In this document: piece by piece, positions 9,787-19,625 of the stretch
How positions within the stretch are numbered: the stretch's first letter is position 1
Layout of the letters: the number at the start of each line of letters is the position of its first letter
Assembly (NCBI GenBank): GCA_029279925.1
Contig: JAJUHM010000001.1
Coordinates: 1 to 62,547, forward strand
DNA: 62,547 nucleotides
From: Aquabacterium olei
Lineage (GTDB): Bacteria > Pseudomonadota > Gammaproteobacteria > Burkholderiales > Burkholderiaceae_C
Direction: 5' to 3'
Program-made: the position numbers and the translations under genes
The notes under the pieces: generated by a model
The model's database searches: none
What the model was told of the DNA's origin: nothing
The model's input: only the letters and a program-made list of their open reading frames with translations

Positions 9787-11619
9787 TCAGAAGGTTTCCC
9801 AGTCGTCGTCGGCCGGGGGGCGGGCGGCGATGGTGGCCGGTTCGTCCGCAGCGGGCGGGGGCGCAGTGCGCTTGGCCGGTGCCGCAGCGGCGGGGGTCTC
9901 ACCGGTGCTGGCCGCAGCAGGGCGGCTGGCCGGTGCGGCGGTGGCCGATGCTGGGGCGGCCGGGGCGCTGGCCAACGGCTTGAGCGTGGGCTCTGCCGGT
10001 GCGGGCTTGGTCGTCGAGGGCTCGCGGGCGGCAGCCTGGGCCTTGGCGATCACGGTGTGGGTCACGCTGGCGGCGGTGGTGCCCGATGCGCCGAAGCCGC
10101 GCGTGCCGCCACCGCTGAGTTTGAAGGCGGCCACCGCTTGCGCCAGGCGACCGGCCTGGTCCTTCAGGCTTTCTGCCGCGGCCGCCGACTCTTCCACCAG
10201 CGCCGCGTTCTGCTGCGTCATCTGGTCAAGCTGCGTGACCGCCTGGTTGACCTGGCCGATGCCTTCGCTCTGCTCGCTGGATGCGGCGCTGATCTCGCCG
10301 ATGATGTCCGACACGCGCTGCACGCTGGTCAGGATCTCGTTCATCGAGCTGCCGGCGTCCTTCACCAGGCGCGAGCCGGACTCGACCTTTTCGCTCGAGG
10401 CGTTGATCAGTGTCTTGATTTCCTTGGCGGCCTGCGCGCTGCGCTGGGCCAGGGTGCGAACCTCGCCCGCCACCACGGCAAAGCCGCGGCCTTGCTCACC
10501 GGCACGGGCGGCTTCCACCGCGGCGTTCAGCGCCAGGATGTTGGTCTGGAAGGCGATGCCATCGATCACGGTGATGATGTCGTTGATCTTGCGGCTGGCG
10601 TTGTCGATCTCGGCCATGTTGGCCACCACCTGCGACACGATGTGCTCGCCCTGCTGCGCTGCGGTGGCGGCGCCGGATGCCAGCTGGTTGGCCTGGCGGG
10701 CGGAGTCGGCGCTTTGGCGCACGGTGCCGGTCAGTTGCTCCATCGAGCTGGCGGTCTGCTGCAGGTTGGACGCCGTCTGCTCGGTGCGCATCGACAGGTC
10801 CTGGTTGCCCGTGGCGATCTCGGTCGAGGCCGTGGTGATGGAATCCGTGGCCTGGCGGATCACGCCGATGGTGTCGCGCAGCCGGTGTGTCATGGTGACG
10901 ACCGAGGCATTGAGCGAGCTCTTGTCACCCGGCGCCTGGTGCAGATTCAGATCCAGGTCGCCTTCCGCGATGCGGGACACGGCGTCGCGCAGCACGCTGG
11001 GCTCGGCGCCCAGGTCACGCCACACGGAGTTGACGATGGCCGCCGACATGAAGCCCAGTACACCCAGGACGATGATGCCAGTGCCCACCGACACCCACAG
11101 CGCGGTCTTCACGCCGCTGTTGGCGCTGGCCTGGGCCACATCGATGGCGGTGCGGGCTTCGGTCTTGCGGTTGTCCAGGGCCTTCTGCAGGGCCAGCAGG
11201 CTGGACTGCATCTGGCCGACCATGTCGCCCGGCGGCTGGTTGGTCAATAGGGCGCGGGTGGCCCCGATGGCGGCCGCCTGGTAGGCGTCGAAGGCCCCGC
11301 CGAGCTCCTTGGCGACGGCGGCCTTGTCGGCCAGCTGTCCCATGGCGCTCAGGGCCGTGCGGGCTGCCCCTACCAGGGCTTCTGCTTCCTTGAGCTTCTC
11401 TGCGTCGCCCTCGGCGGCCGCGGTCTGCAGTGTCAGCCGCAGCTGTTCCGTCGAACGGTCGACGGTCACCATGTGGTTCATGTGGGGGTTGTCCACCTGG
11501 TGGAGGTGGTCCAGGACCGCCGAGGTGCGGTCACCCACCACGACGCTCACGGCGACGCCCACGAGGAACACCGCCGCGGCGCTCACCGGCAGCATCCAGA
11601 TCTTGGTGCGAAAGTTCAT
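9787..11619 (-). CDS. Methyl-accepting chemotaxis protein with Ala/Pro linker and C-terminal DWETF pentapeptide
   Basis: Two TM segments, MCP signalling hairpin, and an NWETF-like CheR/CheB tether. AGGAGG RBS before ATG 11619. Confidence 0.93.
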   Translation of the reverse strand: MNFRTKIWMLPVSAAAVFLVGVAVSVVVGDRTSAVLDHLHQVDNPHMNHMVTVDRSTEQLRLTLQTAAAEGDAEKLKEAEALVGAARTALSAMGQLADKAAVAKELGGAFDAYQAAAIGATRALLTNQPPGDMVGQMQSSLLALQKALDNRKTEARTAIDVAQASANSGVKTALWVSVGTGIIVLGVLGFMSAAIVNSVWRDLGAEPSVLRDAVSRIAEGDLDLNLHQAPGDKSSLNASVVTMTHRLRDTIGVIRQATDSITTASTEIATGNQDLSMRTEQTASNLQQTASSMEQLTGTVRQSADSARQANQLASGAATAAQQGEHIVSQVVANMAEIDNASRKINDIITVIDGIAFQTNILALNAAVEAARAGEQGRGFAVVAGEVRTLAQRSAQAAKEIKTLINASSEKVESGSRLVKDAGSSMNEILTSVQRVSDIIGEISAASSEQSEGIGQVNQAVTQLDQMTQQNAALVEESAAAAESLKDQAGRLAQAVAAFKLSGGGTRGFGASGTTAASVTHTVIAKAQAAAREPSTTKPAPAEPTLKPLASAPAAPASATAAPASRPAAASTGETPAAAAPAKRTAPPPAADEPATIAARPPADDDWETF

Positions 11620-11676
11620 TGTGCCTCCTGCTCGGGCGACAGCTGTCCATGAAGGCAGGCGCTTCACCCGTTCGGT

Positions 11677-11704
11677 CTATCGGCATGATCCGGCGCGAAC
11701 TGAA
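11677..11704 (-). promoter_or_regulatory. Putative sigma-28 (FliA) promoter
   Basis: Minus strand reads TTCAGTTC-N12-GCCGATAG upstream of a chemoreceptor; consensus is TAAAGTTT-N11-GCCGATAA. Confidence 0.6.
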
Positions 11705-11798
11705 ACCCGAATTGAGGAAAAGTCCCCCGAACGTCGGGTAATCCGCTACGTCGGGCGGCCCGGGCGCGTCCGATCGCCCCTGTTCCTACAATCCACGC

Positions 11799-13331
11799 AT
11801 GTCAGCCCCCTCTTCCACGCCGGCCGTGTCGGCCCCCCCGCCCGTTCACCGCCGCCTGATGTTCTGGGTGGCGCTGCTGTACTTCTCCGAAGGTCTGCCG
11901 CTCGGTGTCTTTTACGACCTGTTTCCGGTCAACATGAGGCAGGCCGGCGTGGGCCCGGCCGAGATCGGGTTGTTGAGCCTGCTCGGCCTGGCGTGGACCG
12001 TCAAATTCCTGTGGGCCCCGCTGGTGGACGCCTGGCGCGGGCACCGCGTCTGGATTGCCGGCGCCAACCTGGGGATGGCCGCGGTGCTGGGCACGCTGGC
12101 CGCGTCGCCCGACGCGCTCGGGCAGGGGGCGACCTGGCCCTGGGTGCTGCTGGCCGCCTTCACTTTTCTGTCGGCCACCAACGACATCGCCACCGACGGC
12201 TACACCATCGAGTTGCTGCGCAAGGACCAGCTCGGGGTGGCCAACGGCCTGCGCATCGGTTTCTACCGGGTCGGCATGCTGGCCGCGGGCGGTCTGCTGG
12301 TGGTGGCGGGCTGGGCCGGCACGGCGGGGCAGCCCAACTGGTCGGCGGCCTACCTGCTGGGGGCGGTGCTGATGATGGGCAACGCCGCCCTCCTCCTGAT
12401 GGCGCCGCCGCAGCCACCCCGCCCACCCCGCGAGGCCGGCGCTTCGGCGCGGGAATGGGCCACGTTGCGGGAGCAACCGCTGTGGCTGGCCGCGCTGGCG
12501 CTGGTTCTCATCGGCCTGTTGTGGCCGGTGCTCGGGCCGGTGGCCAAGGCGCTGGAGTGGTCGGCCGTGCAGGCCGTCAGCGGCACCTGGTGGTTCAAGG
12601 GCGCCGTGCCGGTGGGCCTGATGTTCGCCGGGGCGGGCCTGATGGTGACGGCGGCCCGGGGTGAACGGGCCCAGGCACTGGCCGATGGCCCGGTGTTCGG
12701 GGCCTGGGTGGAATTGCTGGCGCGCCCGGGCATGCTGGCCGTGCTGCTGTTCATCCTGCTGTTCAAGCTCGGCGACGCGGCCATGGGCTTCATGGTCAAG
12801 CCCTTCTGGGTGGATGCCGGGTTCACGCCCGCGCAGATCGGCCTGGTCAGCGTCAACGTGGGGCTCGGACTGTCGATCGCCGGGGGGCTGGTGGGTGGCT
12901 GGTATGTCGACCGCGCCGGCATCTTCAAGGGGCTGTGGGTGCTGGGGCTGGCGCAGGCGCTGTCCAACCTGGGCTATGCCGCGGCCGCCTGGTTCGTGCC
13001 GCATGCCGAGCCCGGGCAGGCGATCCCGCTGGCGCACCAGGCCGCGGTGTACGGGGCCAGCGCGCTGGAGAGCTTCACCGGCGGCCTGGGCACCGGTGCC
13101 TTCATGGCCTTTCTGATGGGCATCACCAGCAAGGCCCGCGCCACGACCGAGTACGCCATCCTGTCCTCGATCTTCGCGTTCTCGCGCGCGGTGGCGGGCT
13201 GGGCGGGCGGCCTGGGTGTGGAGCAGATGGGCTATGCGGCCTTCTTCTTCCTGACGTTCTGGCTGTCCTTCCCGGCGTATGGGCTGCTGCCGGCGGTGCG
13301 GCGTATGCTGGAAAAGGCCGGCGTGCGTTAA
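11799..13331 (+). CDS. AmpG-like MFS permease
   Basis: LYFSEGLP, WTVKFLWAPLVD, SATNDIATDGY and LFKLGDA match AmpG-family motifs; many TM segments. Confidence 0.82.
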   Translation: MSAPSSTPAVSAPPPVHRRLMFWVALLYFSEGLPLGVFYDLFPVNMRQAGVGPAEIGLLSLLGLAWTVKFLWAPLVDAWRGHRVWIAGANLGMAAVLGTLAASPDALGQGATWPWVLLAAFTFLSATNDIATDGYTIELLRKDQLGVANGLRIGFYRVGMLAAGGLLVVAGWAGTAGQPNWSAAYLLGAVLMMGNAALLLMAPPQPPRPPREAGASAREWATLREQPLWLAALALVLIGLLWPVLGPVAKALEWSAVQAVSGTWWFKGAVPVGLMFAGAGLMVTAARGERAQALADGPVFGAWVELLARPGMLAVLLFILLFKLGDAAMGFMVKPFWVDAGFTPAQIGLVSVNVGLGLSIAGGLVGGWYVDRAGIFKGLWVLGLAQALSNLGYAAAAWFVPHAEPGQAIPLAHQAAVYGASALESFTGGLGTGAFMAFLMGITSKARATTEYAILSSIFAFSRAVAGWAGGLGVEQMGYAAFFFLTFWLSFPAYGLLPAVRRMLEKAGVR

Positions 13332-13435
13332 GGTCGTGTGCGCTGTCGCACACCTGCTTGACAATACCGGACGCGCCTCCATCTGATGGGGGCCGCCGTT
13401 CTTCCGCGATGTTTTCCAGCGATCTGCATCCAGCC

Positions 13436-14428
13436 ATGACCCACTCTGTTCGCTCCCGTGTCCGCCCCTCCGCGCTGGCCGCGCTCGGCCTGGCCGCCGC
13501 CCTGGGCTTCAGCGCTCCGGCATGGGCGCAGGGGCAGCCACAGGAAGGGGTGCGGTCGGCCGTGGGCAAGCAGTCGGCGTTCGCCCGTTTCGTGCCTGCC
13601 GAGGACATCGAGGCCGCCGCGGCGCAACAGTACGGCCAGATGGTGGCCCAGGCCCGGCAGCAGAATGCGCTGCTGCCGGACGACCATCCCCAGGTGGTCC
13701 GTCTGCGGGCGATCGCGCAGCGGCTGGTGCCGTACAGCCTGGACTGGAACAAGCGCGCCCGCGAGTGGAAGTGGCAGGTGATCGCGCTGCAGTCCAAGGA
13801 GCTCAATGCTTTCTGCATGCCGGGGGGCAAGATCGCGTTCTACACCGGCATCCTCGAGCAGCTGAAGCTGACGGACGACGAGGTGGCGATGATCATGGGG
13901 CACGAAATCGCCCACGCGCTGCGCGAGCACGCCCGTGAGCGCATGGGCAAGACGGCGGCCACCAAGATGGGCGCCAACCTGATCTCCAGCCTGCTCGGTC
14001 TGGGCAGCGCCGGTGACGCGTTGCTCAACATGGGCGGGCAGCTGCTGACCTTGCGTTTCAGCCGCGAGGACGAGTCCGAGGCCGATCTGATCGGCATGGA
14101 GCTGGCGGCCCGCGCCGGCTACGACCCGCGTGCCGGGGTCAGCCTGTGGCAGAAGATGGGGGCCGCATCCAAGGGGGCTCCGCCGCAGTGGCTGTCGACG
14201 CACCCCTCGGGCACGTCGCGCATTCAGGACATCCAGGCCAATCTGCCTCGGGTGATGCCGCTGTTCGACCGGGCCGAGCGCCCGCCGCGCCGGTTTGATG
14301 CCCCGCTGCGCATGGGCTCGGGCACGGACGACATGCAGTTCGCTTTCTGGGGGCGGGGCGACGTGCGCCTCGGGGCGGTCGCCTGGTCCGGCCACGCCCA
14401 CCCGGACCACGCGCACCACGCCCACTGA
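13436..14428 (+). CDS. M48 family zinc metallopeptidase, exported
   Basis: Signal peptide ending AWA, NAFCMPGG, HEIAH, ESEAD, LSTHP. Start uncertain (13409 or 13436). Confidence 0.88.
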   Translation: MTHSVRSRVRPSALAALGLAAALGFSAPAWAQGQPQEGVRSAVGKQSAFARFVPAEDIEAAAAQQYGQMVAQARQQNALLPDDHPQVVRLRAIAQRLVPYSLDWNKRAREWKWQVIALQSKELNAFCMPGGKIAFYTGILEQLKLTDDEVAMIMGHEIAHALREHARERMGKTAATKMGANLISSLLGLGSAGDALLNMGGQLLTLRFSREDESEADLIGMELAARAGYDPRAGVSLWQKMGAASKGAPPQWLSTHPSGTSRIQDIQANLPRVMPLFDRAERPPRRFDAPLRMGSGTDDMQFAFWGRGDVRLGAVAWSGHAHPDHAHHAH

Positions 14429-14443
14429 GCGGGCCGCCCGGGT

Positions 14444-15886
14444 TCAGGCCTCGGCGCGCGCGCTGGCCAGTTCCTGGGCCACCTGCCCGACGCGGGCCAG
14501 TGCGCGCCGCTCCGGCTCGCCCCAGTGCCCGCCCAAGCCCAGCCGCAGGCAGTGCTGGAAGCGCCCGGTGGCGGAAAACAGGCTGCCCGGCGCGATGCAG
14601 ATGCGCTCGTCCAGGCACGACTGGAACAACGCCAGTGTGTCGATCTTGTCCGGCAGTTCCAGCCACAGGATGAAGCCGCCCGCCGGAGCCGTCATGCGGG
14701 TGCCCCGGGGAAAGTGCTTCGAGATCAGACGGCGGGCCTCGTCCATGCGGGAGGCGACCACGCCGCGCAGCTGCCGGTAGCTGGCTTCGATGCCCGGCTG
14801 GGTCAGCAGGTCGGCCAGCGCCCGCTGCAGCACCACGGTCTCGCTGCCGCTGGTGGCGGCCTTCAGGCGCTGCAGGCGGTCCGTCCATGCGGGCGCGGCG
14901 ATCCAGCCCAGGCGCAGCCCGGGGGCCACGGTCTTGCTGAACGAGCCGCACAGCATCACCTGGCCGGCGGCGTCGAACGACTGCACGGCACGGCGGCGTT
15001 CGTCGTCCTCGCACAGGTCGTTGTACAGCACGTCCTCGATCAGGGGCACCTTGTGCTTGGCGAGCATCTGCGCGAGCCGCTTGCGTTCGGACACCGGCAT
15101 GCTGGCGCCGATCGGGTTGGACAGCGTGGGCACGGCAAGCAAGGCCTTCACGGGCTGGGTGTCGAGCGCCAGCTGCAGCGCGTCCAGCGACAGCCCGGTG
15201 CGGGGATGGGTCGGGATCTCGAGGGCGCGCAGGCCCAGGTGCTCAAGGATCTCGAGGAAGCCGTAGTAGGTGGGGGACTCGAGCGCGACCACATCGCCCG
15301 GCTTCGTGACGGTGCGCAGGCACAGGCTGATGGCCTCGAGACAACTGCCTGTCACGATGACATCGGACGCATCGATGTGGCAGCCCATGCGCAGCGCATG
15401 CCGGGCGATGGCCCGACGCAGGGACTCGTCGCCCGGGCCGATGGGGTACTGGCACAGCGTAGCGCGGTGGCGCTGGGTGGCGCGGCTCACGGCCCGGCGC
15501 ACCCGTTCCTGTGCGAACAGCGAGGCATCGGGGCAGGCGGCGCCGAAGGAGACAAAGTCCGGGTCATGGGCCAGGCTCATGATCTTGGCCGCCAGCGCAC
15601 TGATGCCCACCGGCACCGAGCGCCTCGGTGGCCGCGAGGTGTCCGGTTCCGGCAACTGCGGCGGCCGTGCGGCCACGAAGTAGCCCGAGCGCGGCCGTGC
15701 CTCGATCAGGCGGGCGTCTTCGAGCGTGCGGTAGGCCTGCACGACGGTGGACTGCGACACACCGTGCTGCGCGGCGAGCAGGCGCACCGAAGGGATGCGT
15801 TCCCCGCGCGGGAGGGTGCCGGTGCGAATCTGCCGCGCCATCGCGTCGGCGATCTTGAGGTACAGGGTGTCGGCTTGCGGCTGCAT
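14444..15886 (-). CDS. MocR/GabR-type regulator (GntR wHTH + PLP aminotransferase-like domain)
   Basis: GERIPSVR...VSQSTVVQAYRTLE...RPRSGYFV, then SFSKTVAPGLRLGW. Confidence 0.92.
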   Translation of the reverse strand: MQPQADTLYLKIADAMARQIRTGTLPRGERIPSVRLLAAQHGVSQSTVVQAYRTLEDARLIEARPRSGYFVAARPPQLPEPDTSRPPRRSVPVGISALAAKIMSLAHDPDFVSFGAACPDASLFAQERVRRAVSRATQRHRATLCQYPIGPGDESLRRAIARHALRMGCHIDASDVIVTGSCLEAISLCLRTVTKPGDVVALESPTYYGFLEILEHLGLRALEIPTHPRTGLSLDALQLALDTQPVKALLAVPTLSNPIGASMPVSERKRLAQMLAKHKVPLIEDVLYNDLCEDDERRRAVQSFDAAGQVMLCGSFSKTVAPGLRLGWIAAPAWTDRLQRLKAATSGSETVVLQRALADLLTQPGIEASYRQLRGVVASRMDEARRLISKHFPRGTRMTAPAGGFILWLELPDKIDTLALFQSCLDERICIAPGSLFSATGRFQHCLRLGLGGHWGEPERRALARVGQVAQELASARAEA

Positions 15887-15921
15887 GGTGAAACCATTCT
15901 GTACGGATTTGCAGCCGCATG

Positions 15922-16036
15922 ACCAGTACAGATGGCGATCAGGACAACCAGCACAGTGCCGAGCAAGTGGTGAGAAACCAGTACAGATGTCGGGTGGGCC
16001 GACCAGCACAGCCGTGGGCGGCGGCGGGCTGTATGG
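15922..16036. promoter_or_regulatory. Repeat array, probable MocR operator
   Basis: ACCAG(T/C)ACAG direct repeats start at 15922, 15947, 15977 and 16002; an inverted variant CTGTATGG is at 16029. The array lies in the divergent intergenic region. Confidence 0.65.
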
Positions 16037-16123
16037 CCTCTGGAGGACGTGCTCTGCATCTGCACCGCCGTGCAGTGGCGGCGCACGATGAAGCCATCCC
16101 GACATCACGCTGTGGAGCCCGCC

Positions 16124-16441
16124 ATGATCGCCTTGCTGCACCCCGTTCTGCCCCGCTTGCTGGCCGCCCTGTCGCGGCGCGCCGTGACGGCCGCGCCGTC
16201 TGTTTCACGGAAGGCCGCCCCTGTGTGGACGCTGCAGCCGGGCCAGGCGCGCACGGTGGTGCTGAGCCGGGGGCAGGCGCTGCAGGTGCTGGCGGGGCGG
16301 GTCTGGCTGACCCGCCCTGGTGACCCGCGAGACCACGTCCTCGTCACCGGGCAGCAGCATGTGGCCGGGGCGCGGACGGCGTACGTGCTCGAGGGGCTGG
16401 ATGCCCGGCCGGTGCGCTTTCGCATCGGCCGCGCCGAGTGA
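16124..16441 (+). CDS. DUF2917-like small protein
   Basis: GRVWLT-x-x-GD-x-x-D-x-VL-x-x-G motif; GGAG RBS; divergent from the MocR gene. Confidence 0.75.
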   Translation: MIALLHPVLPRLLAALSRRAVTAAPSVSRKAAPVWTLQPGQARTVVLSRGQALQVLAGRVWLTRPGDPRDHVLVTGQQHVAGARTAYVLEGLDARPVRFRIGRAE

Positions 16442-16444
16442 GCG

Positions 16445-17989
16445 TCAGACGGACTGAACCCGGAAGTGCCCAGCGGTGCGCAGCAGGCCGTGGGCCTGAT
16501 CGCGCAGCGAAGCGGCCGAGGCAGCCGATTCTTCGACGAGGGCCGCATTCTGCTGCGTCAGGGCGTCCAGGTCGCCCACAGAACGGTTGAGCAGGCTCAG
16601 CCCTTGAGCCTGCTCCGTCAGACGTTGGTTCATGTCGCTCATCATGGTCGAGACGCGGTCGATCGTGGCGATGATGGCTTTCATCTCGGCGCCCGCGTCG
16701 CGGGCCAGCTGCCCGCCGGAGCCCACGTGTTCGGTGGCGCTGCGCACGAGGCTGTTGATCTCGCGGGCGGCCTCGGCCGAGCGCTGAGCCAGCTGGCGCA
16801 CCTCGGCGGCCACCACCGCAAAGCCGCGGCCCTGCTCGCCGGCCCGTGCCGCCTCCACGGCCGCGTTGAGGGCCAGCAGGTTGGTCTGGAAGGCGATGGC
16901 ATCGATGACGCCGGTGATCTGTGCGATCTGGTCCGAGCCCTTCGCAATGTGCGACATGCTCGTCACCACGCTGAACACGATCTCGCCGCCCTTGTGCGCA
17001 GCCTGGGCCGACTGCCGCGCCAGGCCGGCGACTTCGCTGGCGGCGCGCTCGGAGTCGTTGACGGCTTCGGTGAGCTGGGCCACGGCGGAGGCCGTCTGTT
17101 GAAGGTCGGCTGCGGCCTGTTCGGAGCGCTGTGACAGATCCTGGCTGCCCTGGGCGACCTCGGCGCTGGCCGTGTCGATCGCCTCGGCGGCCTGCTGCAC
17201 ATCGGTCACGAGGGCGCGCAGGCTGGCCTGCATGCTGGACAGTGCCCCCAGCAGGGCCGCCACCTCGCGGCTGCCCTGCACCGCAATGCGCTGAGAGAGG
17301 TCGCCGTCTGCCACGCGGTGGGCGATGGCGATGGCCTGCTCGAGCGGCTGAAGGATGGAGCGAACCGTGACCCACAGGGCCGGCACCAGCACGCCCAGCA
17401 CAAGCAGGGCCAGCCCGCCGGTCAGGGCCAGCTGGGTGGTGGCCAGCGCACGCACGTCGGCGGTGCGGTCCTCGGCGGCCTTCTGCACCCGGGTGGCCAG
17501 CTGGTCCAGCAAGGGCTCGGCCTGGTACATGGCCTTCTTGGCCGTGGCCATCTGCTGGTTGGCGTCGGGGGCCGTGACGATCTGGCCGTTGATGGTGCGC
17601 TGGATCACCTCGGCTGCGGCGGTCTCGTAGTCCTTGAGGTGGGCGGCGATCTTCGGGCAGTCGGTGCACTGGCCGCCGGCCTGCAACTGCTGCAGCACCG
17701 CTTGTGTGGCGCGGACGGACTTGGCCCATTTCTCCTGGTACTGCTGCGCCTTGTCGACTTCGTCGATGCTGAGCAGCACGTCCTTTTCATAGCGGCGGAT
17801 GTCGCCCATGCCCATGCGCAGCGTGGTGAGCCGGCCCTGGGTGATGAACTCGTGTTCGGCGAAGGCGCCGAACTGGTCGCGGAGCTGGGACACCGAGAGG
17901 CTGCCCAGGCCGCCGACGAGGACAAGGGCACCGACGGCCAGCAGGCCGAGGGCGATCAGGCGGGCGCGGATGGAGAGGGGGTACTGCAT
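16445..17989 (-). CDS. Methyl-accepting chemotaxis protein (four-helix-bundle-type sensor)
   Basis: Two TM segments, HAMP, and [26 protein letters not shown]. Confidence 0.92.
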   Translation of the reverse strand: MQYPLSIRARLIALGLLAVGALVLVGGLGSLSVSQLRDQFGAFAEHEFITQGRLTTLRMGMGDIRRYEKDVLLSIDEVDKAQQYQEKWAKSVRATQAVLQQLQAGGQCTDCPKIAAHLKDYETAAAEVIQRTINGQIVTAPDANQQMATAKKAMYQAEPLLDQLATRVQKAAEDRTADVRALATTQLALTGGLALLVLGVLVPALWVTVRSILQPLEQAIAIAHRVADGDLSQRIAVQGSREVAALLGALSSMQASLRALVTDVQQAAEAIDTASAEVAQGSQDLSQRSEQAAADLQQTASAVAQLTEAVNDSERAASEVAGLARQSAQAAHKGGEIVFSVVTSMSHIAKGSDQIAQITGVIDAIAFQTNLLALNAAVEAARAGEQGRGFAVVAAEVRQLAQRSAEAAREINSLVRSATEHVGSGGQLARDAGAEMKAIIATIDRVSTMMSDMNQRLTEQAQGLSLLNRSVGDLDALTQQNAALVEESAASAASLRDQAHGLLRTAGHFRVQSV

Positions 17990-18048
17990 GAGAGGGGCTC
18001 CGTGGGGGGGCGCCACGATGACGCTCGGGGAGCGGTGGCGCCCGTGTC

Positions 18049-18075
18049 GTATCGGCGTTCGCCCGGAACGCTGAA
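18049..18075 (-). promoter_or_regulatory. Putative sigma-28 promoter
   Basis: Minus strand reads TTCAGCGT-N11-GCCGATAC upstream of the MCP gene. Confidence 0.5.
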
Positions 18076-18373
18076 TGGCACCCGCGCAGAAATAGTTGGG
18101 CGGGATGTGTGCACCGCTGCATGGTGGGGGCGCCAGGTTTCACGGCGCCGACACCCGGCTGTCACATCGAGCGCAGAGGTGACCGAAAAAGCGAGACGCA
18201 GGGTCTGTCGACGTGGCGCGACGCGGCTGTCCGGCGGTCTCCCCCGACCGGGGCGGTCCCCCTTGCTGAGGTCCGGTTGTATCGCTACGCTGAATCTCTT
18301 TACAAAACGAAACGGACCGTCAGGGGGGCAGGGGCCGCCTTCGGCCGCTTCACCTTCATCGGAAAGGCCTCCC

Positions 18374-18811
18374 ATGCTGAAGAAGTTGTTCCTGTCGCTC
18401 GCCGTGGTGTCTGCCCTGGCGGGCTGTTCGTCGGTGCCAATGGCCGACGCGCCGCAGGACCAGGCTGCCAAGACGTTCAAGGCCGACGCGGCCAAGTCCG
18501 GCATCTACATCTACCGCAATGAACTGCTGGGCGGTGCCGTGAAGATGGACGTGTCCATCGACGGCCAGCCCGTGGGTGCCACCAAGGCCAAGACCTACCT
18601 GTTCAAGCAGGTCGAGCCGGGCAAGCACACCATCGTGTCAGAGGCCGAGAACACCTCGGTGCTCGAGCTCGAGACCAAGCCCGGCATGCTGTACTACATC
18701 TGGCAGGAAGTGAAGATGGGCGTCATGTACGCCCGCAACAAGCTGCAGCAGGTGAGCGATGCGCAAGGCCAGGCCGGCGTGATGGAAAGCCAGCTGGCCG
18801 TCACGAAGTGA
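18374..18811 (+). CDS. DUF2846-like lipoprotein
   Basis: Lipobox LAGC, then IYIYRNE...V-S-IDG...VEPGKHTI. Confidence 0.8.
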   Translation: MLKKLFLSLAVVSALAGCSSVPMADAPQDQAAKTFKADAAKSGIYIYRNELLGGAVKMDVSIDGQPVGATKAKTYLFKQVEPGKHTIVSEAENTSVLELETKPGMLYYIWQEVKMGVMYARNKLQQVSDAQGQAGVMESQLAVTK

Positions 18812-18829
18812 TCAGGTGGGCGCCACGGC

Positions 18830-19459
18830 TCACAGATAGGGGTTGTGGCGCCGTTCTTCCCCGAGCGTGCTCTCGGGGCCATGGCCCGGCGTGAAGGTCA
18901 CGTCGTCGCCCAGCGGCAGCAGCTTGCCCTTGATGGCCGCAATCAGCTCGGCATGGTTGCCGCCCGGAAAGTCGGTGCGGCCGATGCTGCCGGCAAACAG
19001 CACGTCGCCCACGAAGGCGTGCTTCAGTTCCGGCGAGTAGAACACCACGTGGCCCGGCGTGTGGCCGGGGCAATGCAGCACCTGCAGCGTGTGCCCGCCC
19101 AGTTGCACCGTGTCGCCCTCGTGCAGCCAGCGCGTGGGCGCAAAGGGCTCGGCCTTCGGAAAGCCGAACATGCTGCTCTGCTGCGGCAGCCCGTCGATCC
19201 AGAACTGGTCGCCCGGGTGGGGGCCAACGATCGGGAGATCGTGTTCGCGCGCCAGCGTGCCGGTGGCCCCAGCGTGGTCGATGTGGGCGTGCGTGAGCCA
19301 CAGCGCCACCAGCTTGAGCCCGCGCGATTCAACGGCCTGCATCAGCACCGGGATGTCGCCGCCCGGATCGATGAGGGCGGCTTCGTTTGTGTCGCTGCAC
19401 CAGATCAGCGAGCAGTTCTGCTGGAAGGCGGTGACGGGGAGGGTGAGGCGGTGGAGCAT
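18830..19459 (-). CDS. MBL-fold metallo-hydrolase (YcbL/GloC, glyoxalase II-like)
   Basis: FQQNCS, THAHIDH, PGHTPG, GDVLFAGSIGRTDFPGG, PGHG. Confidence 0.9.
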   Translation of the reverse strand: MLHRLTLPVTAFQQNCSLIWCSDTNEAALIDPGGDIPVLMQAVESRGLKLVALWLTHAHIDHAGATGTLAREHDLPIVGPHPGDQFWIDGLPQQSSMFGFPKAEPFAPTRWLHEGDTVQLGGHTLQVLHCPGHTPGHVVFYSPELKHAFVGDVLFAGSIGRTDFPGGNHAELIAAIKGKLLPLGDDVTFTPGHGPESTLGEERRHNPYL

Positions 19460-19625
19460 GGGGTGGCAGCACAAGAGGTCGAACTGGCTGCCAATGTAGC
19501 GAACTTCGTGGCGAGGGCTGGCGTCCCAGTGGGAAGCAAATCCAGCGGGTCCCTGCCGAAGGCCAACGATCTTGTGTCGTTCTCGCCGCCGGGCAGGGAC
19601 ATCCGCCGTCTTCTGCCCCGCGGCT

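Noticed and set aside
15922-16011. Repeat array as a mini-CRISPR
   Set aside because: Repeats are only 10-13 bp, spacers are short, there are no cas genes, and an operator explains it better.
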